Sequence record: SRR22947727_4403
Reading direction: 5' to 3' (one strand)
DNA length: 36,314 bases
Under the pieces are notes generated by a model. It was not told the DNA's origin and searched no databases. It saw nothing but the letters and a program-made list of their open reading frames with translations. Both the position numbers and the translations under genes were made by a program. Shown one piece after another: positions 9,290-16,816 of the stretch. Positions within the stretch are counted from its first letter, which is position 1; every line of letters begins with the position of its first letter.

Positions 9290-10299
9290 GGCGGCCGCGG
9301 TTGGGTATTATCCCCGGTGATCCTTCGGGCATAGGCCCTGAATTAATCGCAAAGCTGCTGCAAGAGCCGGCGGTTTTGGCGCAGGCGGATGTGCTTCTTA
9401 TCGGCGATGCACATCTGTGGGAAGGTGGGGCGAAGCAGGCGGGATTGCCGCTGCATCTCAAGACGATTGACGAAGCCAATCTGTCAACTGGGTTTGCGTT
9501 GGCGCATCTTGACCTTGCGACGATTGCTGCGGAAGATGTGCAGATCGCGACAGTGACGCAAGCCAGCGGCAACAGCGCCTTGCGCTGCCTTGATAAAGCG
9601 CTTGATTTGGGGCAAAGCAACACCATCGACGGCATTTTATTTGCCCCATTCAATAAAGCCGCGCTGACCCTAGCTGGCCTTAACGCGGAAGATGAACATC
9701 GCTATATGGCGCGCTATTTGGGGTTTGAAGGCTATCATAGTGAAATTAATGTTTTAGACGCATTGATGACCACGCGGGTGACCAGCCATATTGGATTAAA
9801 GGATGTGGCGGCGAATATTGATCAGCCTGCGGTCATGCGCGCCGTTGACTTGGCGTATAGCACGCTGAAAAAGTCTGGAAAAACAAGGCCTCATGTTGCC
9901 GTGGCAGCGCTTAACCCGCATGCGGGTGATAACGGGAAATTTGGCCGCGAAGAGATCGATATTTTGGCGCCTGCTGTCAAAGCTTGTCAGGACCGCCAAA
10001 TGCATGTCACCGGACCATGGCCCTCGGACACTGTGTTCCTCAAAGCCCAGCGCGGGGAAGTTGATGCGGTGGTCACCATGTATCATGATCAAGGACAAAT
10101 TGCGATCAAGCTCATGGGGTTTGAGCGGGGCGTGACCATAGCCGGCGGCTTGCCGATTCCGGTTGCCACGCCTGCGCATGGAACTGCGTTTGATATTGTC
10201 GGGCAGAAGAAAGCCAATGTCAGCGCCACGCAGCAGGCGTTTGATTTATTGGTGCGCATGGCAAAAACCCATCTGGCAGATCAGGAGAGCAGCCAATGA
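9286..10299 (+). CDS. PdxA-family (4-hydroxythreonine-4-phosphate dehydrogenase-like) oxidative decarboxylase, non-canonical paralogue
   Basis: 'GDPSGIGPE', 'LNPHAGDNG.FGREE', 'GPWPSDTVF', 'MYHDQG', 'HGTAFDI'. The canonical GHTE and RTS motifs are replaced. Confidence 0.9.
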   Translation: MRRPRLGIIPGDPSGIGPELIAKLLQEPAVLAQADVLLIGDAHLWEGGAKQAGLPLHLKTIDEANLSTGFALAHLDLATIAAEDVQIATVTQASGNSALRCLDKALDLGQSNTIDGILFAPFNKAALTLAGLNAEDEHRYMARYLGFEGYHSEINVLDALMTTRVTSHIGLKDVAANIDQPAVMRAVDLAYSTLKKSGKTRPHVAVAALNPHAGDNGKFGREEIDILAPAVKACQDRQMHVTGPWPSDTVFLKAQRGEVDAVVTMYHDQGQIAIKLMGFERGVTIAGGLPIPVATPAHGTAFDIVGQKKANVSATQQAFDLLVRMAKTHLADQESSQ

Positions 10300-11804
10300 C
10301 CGATTTAAACCTTACCGGCCAACATTTCATCGCGGGCAAATGGCTCAGCGGTGACGCACTGTTTGACTCAGCGCCCAGCACCGGCCCGGTCCGTCACTTT
10401 TCAGAAGCCAGCCAAAGCCATGTTGACGCAGCGGTAAACGCTGCCGAAGAGGCGTTTATGAGCTATGGCTGGAGCGGCCAGAATGCGCGCGCGGCCTTCC
10501 TGCGCACCATCGCAGATGAAATAGAGGCGGTTGGAGCGTTGGTCACTGAAATCGGGCATCAGGAAACGGGTCTACCCGAAGCCCGGTTGGAAGGGGAGCG
10601 CGGGCGCACAACCGGCCAATTGCGCCTTTTTGCCGATCATATCGAGCAGGGCAGCTATCTGGAACAAAGCCATGATGTTGCTTTGCCCGATCGCGCGCCA
10701 TTGCCACGCCCCGATTTACGTTTGATGCAACGCCCAATCGGCCCTGTGGCGGTTTTTGGGGCGTCTAATTTTCCATTGGCCTTTTCAACCGCAGGCGGAG
10801 ATACGGCTGCGGCCTTGGCCGCTGGCTGTCCGGTTGTTTTGAAAGGCCATCCGGCGCATCCTGGAACCGGTGAAATCATCGCGCAAGCGATTGCGCGCGC
10901 GATGAAAGCCACCGATCAACATCCCGGCGTTTTTTCCTTTTTGCAGGGCAGCACGCATGAGGTGGGCGCGCAAGTCGTACAGCACCCGCTAATCCGGGCC
11001 GTTGGGTTTACAGGGTCTTTGGCTGGTGGGAGGGCTTTGTTCAATCTGTGCATGAGCCGGCCTGAGCCTATTCCGTTTTTTGGCGAATTGGGTTCTGTCA
11101 ATCCGATGTTCTGCCTTCCAAAGGCGATGCAAACTCGCGCCGGGGCGCTTGCCCAAGGTTGGGCGGCCTCATTAACCATGGGGGCGGGGCAGTTTTGTAC
11201 CAATCCCGGCATTGCTTTCGTGATTGCAGGCGCGCAGGCCAATGAATTTGCCGAGGCCAGCATTGCGGCCTTAAGCGGGGCAGGCGCGCAGGCGATGCTG
11301 ACGGATGGCATCGCGTCCGCCTATAGACATGGAACAAACGCAGTGGCATCAGCGGCGCATGTCGAGCCCCTTTTCACCACAGAGTCTGTTGGGCGCACGG
11401 CTTTGCCCAACCTGTTCCGGGTTTCGTTGGAACATTGGCTGCACAGCCCTGATTTGCAAGAAGAAGTATTTGGACCTTTGGGGATCATCGTGGAAGCAAA
11501 CGATATCGATGAAATGGTGGCAGCGGCTGGCGCCATTGAAGGGCAATTGACCTGTACTTTGCAGATGGAGGACGGTGATAAAGCCCATGCCCAGCGCTTG
11601 CTGCCCCATTTAGAGCGCAAAGCAGGCCGGGTGCTTGTGAACGGATTTCCAACGGGTGTTGAAGTGGCCGGCGCGATGGTGCATGGCGGACCCTATCCAG
11701 CGTCAACCAATTTTGGCGCCACTTCGGTGGGAACTATGGCAATCCGCCGCTTCCTGCGCCCGGTCTGCTACCAAAACATGCCAGCGGATTTATTGCCCGC
11801 TTGA
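10296..11804 (+). CDS. NAD(P)-dependent aldehyde dehydrogenase, alpha-ketoglutarate semialdehyde (2,5-dioxovalerate) dehydrogenase type
   Basis: 'FGASNFPLAFSTAGGDTA', 'FTGS', 'GELGSVNP', 'GQFCTNPG', 'EEVFGP', 'HGGPYPAST' KGSADH-subfamily motifs. Confidence 0.92.
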   Translation: MTDLNLTGQHFIAGKWLSGDALFDSAPSTGPVRHFSEASQSHVDAAVNAAEEAFMSYGWSGQNARAAFLRTIADEIEAVGALVTEIGHQETGLPEARLEGERGRTTGQLRLFADHIEQGSYLEQSHDVALPDRAPLPRPDLRLMQRPIGPVAVFGASNFPLAFSTAGGDTAAALAAGCPVVLKGHPAHPGTGEIIAQAIARAMKATDQHPGVFSFLQGSTHEVGAQVVQHPLIRAVGFTGSLAGGRALFNLCMSRPEPIPFFGELGSVNPMFCLPKAMQTRAGALAQGWAASLTMGAGQFCTNPGIAFVIAGAQANEFAEASIAALSGAGAQAMLTDGIASAYRHGTNAVASAAHVEPLFTTESVGRTALPNLFRVSLEHWLHSPDLQEEVFGPLGIIVEANDIDEMVAAAGAIEGQLTCTLQMEDGDKAHAQRLLPHLERKAGRVLVNGFPTGVEVAGAMVHGGPYPASTNFGATSVGTMAIRRFLRPVCYQNMPADLLPA

Positions 11805-11850
11805 GCAAGCGTTTCCAGCAGTTTTTTGATAGGTATGGCCTGTATCAGAC

Positions 11851-11883
11851 GCTTAGGTGGCCGTCTAATGCCACCTAAGCTTT
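11851..11883. terminator. Intrinsic terminator between convergent genes
   Basis: GCTTAGGTGGC (11851-11861) / GCCACCTAAGC (11870-11880) form a perfect 11-bp stem with an 8-nt loop, followed by TTT. Confidence 0.75.
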
Positions 11884-11896
11884 AGATTCTTATTCG

Positions 11897-12814
11897 TCAT
11901 TGCTTGAAGTTTATTGCCCCCGGGAAAAGAGCCGCAAAATCTGGATTATTTGTATCTGAAGGGTTTGGCAACGGCGCGTCAAAATCGTATTGAGCCAGCC
12001 GTTTTGCGCTGATGTCTTTGAAGGGTTGAAGAGCCTCTACTCTGGCTTGGTTTAAACTGCCATCTGTTTGACCGTCTTCAGAGAAATCGAATTTTTGGGC
12101 AAGTTCGGATGTAAACAGCGTTTTTCCATTTGCTTTTGTAAGATATACATCATCGGCTTTTTCAGCCAACGCCATAACAGCGCGCCCCACATAGGTCGGG
12201 CTTTCGCCCTGGGGAAAGGCTGTGACTTCTGTTTGTCCACCTGCCGGGTGCAGCGTGACGGCACGCACATTATGGTCTTGTAATTCGGTGGCCATATCAA
12301 AACTGAGCCGGTCCATCGCGGCATGGGCAACCCCGTAGCCAACGTCAAAAACATATGCGAACCCGCCATAGCTAGAAATTTGAACGATCAACCCGTTTTT
12401 GGCCTTTACCATTGCGGGTGCCACCAATGCGCTCATCACATAAGCGCCGCGAACGCCAATATCCATTGAGCCATCAAAAACCGAAATGGGACGTTCCCAA
12501 AACGGCTTTCCAAAATGTGGTGTCATGGCGATCAGTCCGGCATAGGCGCTATTGACAAGAAGATCGATTTTTTCTTCCGACGCGCTTACGCGGCGCACAA
12601 ACTCGGCCACCGCCTCATCATCACTTTGATCCAATACAACCGGGATAACCTCACCCGCAGCATTGCTTTCAGCCACTTCTTTTTGAAGACTGTGCAAAGC
12701 AGATTCTGTTCTTGCTGTCGCATAGACCTTATAGCCGGCTTCGCTTGCGAGAATGCGCGCGGTTCCACGGCCAAAGCCTCGGGAGGCGCCCGTTACTATT
12801 GCGATTTTTGTCAT
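11897..12814 (-). CDS. Short-chain dehydrogenase/reductase (DHRS1-like)
   Basis: 'TGASRGFG' Rossmann motif, 'LLVNSAY', 'KPFWE', 'ISS.G', 'YGVAHAAMDRL' (YxxxK appears as YxxxH). Confidence 0.9.
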   Translation of the reverse strand: MTKIAIVTGASRGFGRGTARILASEAGYKVYATARTESALHSLQKEVAESNAAGEVIPVVLDQSDDEAVAEFVRRVSASEEKIDLLVNSAYAGLIAMTPHFGKPFWERPISVFDGSMDIGVRGAYVMSALVAPAMVKAKNGLIVQISSYGGFAYVFDVGYGVAHAAMDRLSFDMATELQDHNVRAVTLHPAGGQTEVTAFPQGESPTYVGRAVMALAEKADDVYLTKANGKTLFTSELAQKFDFSEDGQTDGSLNQARVEALQPFKDISAKRLAQYDFDAPLPNPSDTNNPDFAALFPGAINFKQ

Positions 12815-12857
12815 AATTTACGGCTCCAATATAGCGTAAGCCCGGGTAGGGGCGGTT

Positions 12858-13163
12858 TCAATCAATGACAAAGCCCGAGAAAGCTTCGGTGCGGCTGTCA
12901 TCTTCATAATAGTCGAGCAATTGGTCGACGCTATCCAGCCAATCTAGGCCTTCAATTTGCCCGTCGAGCAAAGATTCTAAATTGGGAAGACCTATAATTT
13001 GCACATATTCTCCACTGTCAATTTTGATGAATTTATTTTGAAATTCTTGACCTGCTTTGGATTTCTCGATGATTTGTTCCAGGCGCTTGAGACCCTCAAC
13101 AAATTTGTCTTCGCAACCTTCTTTTGGCTTGTATTTGATAATTGTCCAGATTTCTTCCGACAC
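12858..13163 (-). CDS. Small hypothetical protein, probable dimeric alpha/beta-barrel (ABM/NIPSNAP-like)
   Basis: GTG start with AAGGA RBS; 'IIKYKPKEGCEDKFV' pattern of ABM-like folds; AT-rich codon usage. Confidence 0.7.
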   Translation of the reverse strand: MSEEIWTIIKYKPKEGCEDKFVEGLKRLEQIIEKSKAGQEFQNKFIKIDSGEYVQIIGLPNLESLLDGQIEGLDWLDSVDQLLDYYEDDSRTEAFSGFVID

Positions 13164-13505
13164 GGTTTTTCCTTTATTTGTGCGGTATTAGAACCAGGCG
13201 TTATCGAATCGTAGCAGAGTGCAAACTCTAACTCCAATAGTTTATCAGATATTAACTTCGGGGCGCATCGGGCGGAAAAGACGCGTTTTGAAGTGATCAA
13301 AAGGCATCTTTTCAGCCAGAGCGCTGCGCCTTGCACGCCGTGCCGAAAACAAGTTATGCGCCCCGGTACAGCGCTTTATCGTGAGCTGCCGCTCTTTATG
13401 AATTAAGCAAGGCCTTTCCCACAAGTTCACGCTGAGCCACGTGAATAGCGCGGCCTCAACAGCCTTAGGCCAGAGCGGGTTTGTTTCAGATAAGTTTTAT
13501 CTCTC

Positions 13506-14153
13506 TTACAATCTAAGTACCGGTTTGCGGCGATAGTAAGCAAGCTCGGGGCAGCCCGCCGCCGCGAAAGGGGTAAGGTTTGAATTCCGATGACAAGAAC
13601 CATGAAATTCCTTGGGAGCTCTATAGGAGATAAAGTCTTGTAAATCTGACTGAGGCAGCCCGCCGCCGCGCATCGTGATGATCGTCTCAACCGCTGGGTT
13701 CCAATCCGTCTTTCGCATATTGTGTATCGCCAGATATTAGATTTCGTTCGAAATTCGAGCGCAAAGCGTGATGCAGAATCTAACAGATCATTCAGATTAT
13801 TGATAAATTGATGCAGCGATGTGCCCGATCCGTGGGCCGCGTGTTTTCAAGCGGCCAATCGGCGTGAATTTCGCCTCTCTCTATGTGCCCCTAGCATGGC
13901 GCCTACCAACTTCGCTTCGCGTTCCGCTTGACCTCGCGCCGCATGTGAGAAAATGTTTCAGAACTGAAGTTAAAATTGCCGGCGCACGGGCGGCTTATGG
14001 CATAACAAGAGATCGATAAAAGGTTTGCCAAGACTAACTAGTATATTGTTGTGGTTCATCCGCCTAGGGCTAAACTGGCGCAAAGTTCGAACCAATCTGC
14101 ACCACCATCAATAGCGGCTTGCAAGCTTTCTTATATATCCCCGCAACGTCAAG
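13506..14153 (-). pseudogene. cutC: cutC (CutC TIM-barrel family) pseudogene with multiple frameshifts and stops
   Basis: Collinear CutC-like blocks in shifting frames: LQAAIDGGADWFELCASLALGG* (14124-14056), CYAISRPCAGNFNFS (from 14007), REAKLVGAMLGA, GTSLHQ, FERNLISGDTQYAKDGLE (from 13752), IITMRGGGLPQ...KEFHGSC. Confidence 0.85.
13550..13670. repeat. Exact 17-bp direct repeat GGCAGCCCGCCGCCGCG, two copies
   Basis: Copies at 13550-13566 and 13654-13670, 104 bp apart. Confidence 0.9.
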
Positions 14154-14199
14154 CCACCGCCCCTGTATGTGAGGCGCGCCACCCGCTTGTTTGATTGCG

Positions 14200-15354
14200 T
14201 TATCTGGGTTTTTGAGGGGGGCTAATCTGGGAAACCGGCCCAGTATAGGAGCCTTGCGCGTTCAAATGTAAGAGCGCCTCAATCTTCTGGCCTTGCAGTC
14301 GATCAAGGTCTAGACCCATCACCGCACAGGGGACTGAAATTGCCATTTTGAGCGCGGTTTGCACAGGTATGTTTAGGTTTGAGACCAGTCGGCGAATACC
14401 AGCAGCCAATGTTGTATGCGCGCCAGCCAGCGAACCTTCTGCGTTTATCAGCCGCCCTTGATCAAGTTTGATACTTTGCCCATACAGGTCAAATTGTGAA
14501 GGCCCACCAACGGTTGGCATCGCATCTGAGACAAGAAACGTCAAATTTGGCTCGGGCCGCGCGCGCAGCGCCAAGGCAACCATGTCATCGGCGACATGGA
14601 TGCCATCGCAGATGATCCCCACATAAGAGCTTGACAGAATGGCCGTGCCGGTCACCCCGGGATCCCGCCCCTGCATCGGCGACATGGCATTGAAAAGATG
14701 CGTAAAGCAGCGCGCCCCGGCCAAGCGCGCCGCAGTGATATCTGCGGGAGCAGCCTCTGAATGCCCGATCGAGACGATAGCGCCCATGTTCACAAGCTTT
14801 GCTATATGATCTGGTGGCACAATCTCGGGCGCTAGGGTAATCATAACGGGTATTTTGGCCATGCATAATTTATCAACGCTGTTCAAAGTCATGTCATCAA
14901 ACGGACGGATATGGTCTGCGTTATGCGTGCCGCGGCGCCGCTGTGAAATATGCGGGCCTTCAATATGCAGGCCGCAAACGCCGTTTTTGCCGAAGGCTGT
15001 GAGCGCGGCTTGGGCCGCTTTGCCCAATATATCTGGATGGTCGGTGATCACGGTGGGCAGCAGCGCGGTTGTGCCAAATTGACGATGCGCTTTTGCAATT
15101 GCCCACATGGCCTCTGCGGTGGGGGTTGCGTTGAGCAAAACGCCGCCACCGCCATTGACTTGTAAATCCACAAAGCCCGGCGAAATTATACCCGCAACGC
15201 GCTTTAAATTTACATTTTGGGGCAGGGCGTCCTGCGCTTTGACAGCTTCAACCTTACCCTCTGTGATGCCAAGCGCGCGCCCATGTTTCAAAACGCCGTT
15301 TTCGAACAGCTGGTCTGGGCAGAGCCAATAATCAACATCATTGTGACTAGTCAT
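14200..15354 (-). CDS. nagA: N-acetylglucosamine/N-acetylgalactosamine-6-phosphate deacetylase
   Basis: 'PGFVDLQVNGGGG', 'GLHIEGP', 'TLAPE', 'GHS', 'THLFNAM', 'DGIH', 'VSDAM', 'LAGA'. ATG 15354 overlaps the stop of the upstream mini-ORF. Confidence 0.95.
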   Translation of the reverse strand: MTSHNDVDYWLCPDQLFENGVLKHGRALGITEGKVEAVKAQDALPQNVNLKRVAGIISPGFVDLQVNGGGGVLLNATPTAEAMWAIAKAHRQFGTTALLPTVITDHPDILGKAAQAALTAFGKNGVCGLHIEGPHISQRRRGTHNADHIRPFDDMTLNSVDKLCMAKIPVMITLAPEIVPPDHIAKLVNMGAIVSIGHSEAAPADITAARLAGARCFTHLFNAMSPMQGRDPGVTGTAILSSSYVGIICDGIHVADDMVALALRARPEPNLTFLVSDAMPTVGGPSQFDLYGQSIKLDQGRLINAEGSLAGAHTTLAAGIRRLVSNLNIPVQTALKMAISVPCAVMGLDLDRLQGQKIEALLHLNAQGSYTGPVSQISPPQKPR

Positions 15355-15601
15355 CTGCACCCTCGAAAGAATACGCCGGAAGCGCCCAGTGGACCTTCGC
15401 GCGCGCCAGAGCCAAAGCAGTGGTTTTTATCACTGCTGCAGAGCGTTTAATGACTTTGGGCGCCAACACTTGCGCAAAGGTAAAAATTAGAAAATGCAAG
15501 CGATTGATCAATATTTCGGGATGCGCAGAGCAAACCGAAGCAATGCCAACCGCGCCGCCCGCTGTGTAGCGCGCAATGAATTCGCGCGGCAGCTCAGACA
15601 T
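15347..15601 (-). pseudogene. Internally deleted gatZ/kbaZ-family (tagatose-6-phosphate epimerase/aldolase-associated) gene, 84-aa remnant
   Basis: MSELPREFIARYTAGGAVGIASVCSAHP is the hallmark N-terminus of the roughly 420-aa GatZ/KbaZ family. It is joined directly to a C-terminal-like tail (..ALARAKVHWALPAYSF). Confidence 0.85.
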
Positions 15602-16505
15602 TTTGCGCCCCTTGCCACGCCTGATAAGCGGCCCCCAAGGCCGCTGCCGTTTCACCGCGCGACGCTTTTTTGATCACGGGAATTGGCAAACCATCCCATT
15701 GAAGGCGCGCCAGATGCTTTTCCAATGCTGGTATTAAGCCCTCTATGGTGGAAAGCCCGCCGCCCAGCACGATGATATGCGGATCGATGGTCAGGATTAG
15801 CGCATGAAGAAGCTGCGCATTTACGCTACACCAAATTTGCCAGATCTTTTCTAAATCAGGTTGCGCTTCTTTTTCGAAGATCAGGCGATGCGCAGAAATT
15901 TTTCGCCCCAAGAGGTGAGACGCCAACCGTTCAAGCCCAGGGCCCGAGGCCAGCGTTTCATAGCAGCCTTTGCGCCCGCATCCGCATATGAGAAGCGGCA
16001 GCTTATGCTGTGCAACGGTTTCTGCTGGCATGGGTAAATGTCCAAATTCGCCCGATTGCCCGTGGCCGTTATTTACCAAACAACCATTGATTGCTATGGC
16101 TCCGCCTACGCCCGTACCCAGCACTATTCCGAGCATGCAGCCTGTTTGAGATCCAGATCCAAAGCGGGCTTCCGCTTGAACGAAGGCACGGCAATCATTA
16201 GTCAGGGTGAGCGCTGCGTTACATTCGGCCTCTAAATCACGGTGAAATTTTTGCCCATGGCTTGGAAGGTTGGCGGCAATCGAGGCTCCGGTGGTCGGAT
16301 TGAGCAACCCGGCTGCTGCCACGCCAATTGGCAGAGCGGCATCGCTACCTTTCAGCCAGCTGATTAGCATGGCCATTGTGCTTAAAAGCTCGGGATAGGT
16401 TTTTGGCGTGTCAATGCGGCGCTTTTCGCCAATATCCCAATTGTGATCAAAGCGCTGGGCTTCGATTTTTGTGCCTCCGAGGTCTATGCCACCTGCAATA
16501 TTCAT
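15594..16505 (-). CDS. ROK family sugar kinase (N-acetylhexosamine kinase, NagK-like)
   Basis: 'GIDLGGTK', 'NDCRAF..AEA', 'LGTGVGG', 'GEFGH', Zn site 'CGCGRKGCYE', 'IVLGGGLS'; adjacent to nagA. Confidence 0.93.
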   Translation of the reverse strand: MNIAGGIDLGGTKIEAQRFDHNWDIGEKRRIDTPKTYPELLSTMAMLISWLKGSDAALPIGVAAAGLLNPTTGASIAANLPSHGQKFHRDLEAECNAALTLTNDCRAFVQAEARFGSGSQTGCMLGIVLGTGVGGAIAINGCLVNNGHGQSGEFGHLPMPAETVAQHKLPLLICGCGRKGCYETLASGPGLERLASHLLGRKISAHRLIFEKEAQPDLEKIWQIWCSVNAQLLHALILTIDPHIIVLGGGLSTIEGLIPALEKHLARLQWDGLPIPVIKKASRGETAAALGAAYQAWQGAQNV

Positions 16506-16669
16506 GTTGCGCCTTCTATCGGGTTCAAGGTTATGTAGAACCCAACGCGAGATAATGTGGATAATCCGGCAAAAGGATCATCAATATGCAAACCAAGCTG
16601 GGCAAAAACCCCTTGAGAGGGCTGCGAACCGCGCGCGCTAGAAGAGGAAGAATCTGTCTGAGTATTCAC
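16502..16669 (-). pseudogene. Internally deleted SIS-domain (AgaS-like hexosamine-6-phosphate deaminase/isomerase) gene, 55-aa remnant
   Basis: Below the ORF-track cutoff. AGGGAGG RBS then GTG 16669: MNTQTDSSSSSARGSQPSQGVFAQLGLHIDDPFAGLSTLSRVGFYITLNPIEGAT*. The tail resembles the AgaS C-terminus (LG...D.P......RV...I...P), and its stop overlaps the ROK start (ATGA). Confidence 0.7.
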
Positions 16670-16816
16670 GCGGCCTCCCTAAAAATTTTTACACGTCCAA
16701 CCATGACCTTAGCGTGATTTTTTCAGTTGTGACCATAAAATCTCAAAAACATTGCCGCTCTGGGCTTGATGATTTCCGTGTGCTTTAAAGATATTCCTCA
16801 AGGGCTGCGCTTGTCG

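Noticed and set aside
9286-10299. Housekeeping pdxA for vitamin B6 synthesis
   Set aside because: It sits in a catabolic operon rather than the surA-pdxA-rsmA context, and canonical substrate motifs are changed.
13550-13670. CRISPR-like repeat
   Set aside because: Only two 17-bp copies with an 87-bp gap, inside a pseudogene, and no cas genes.
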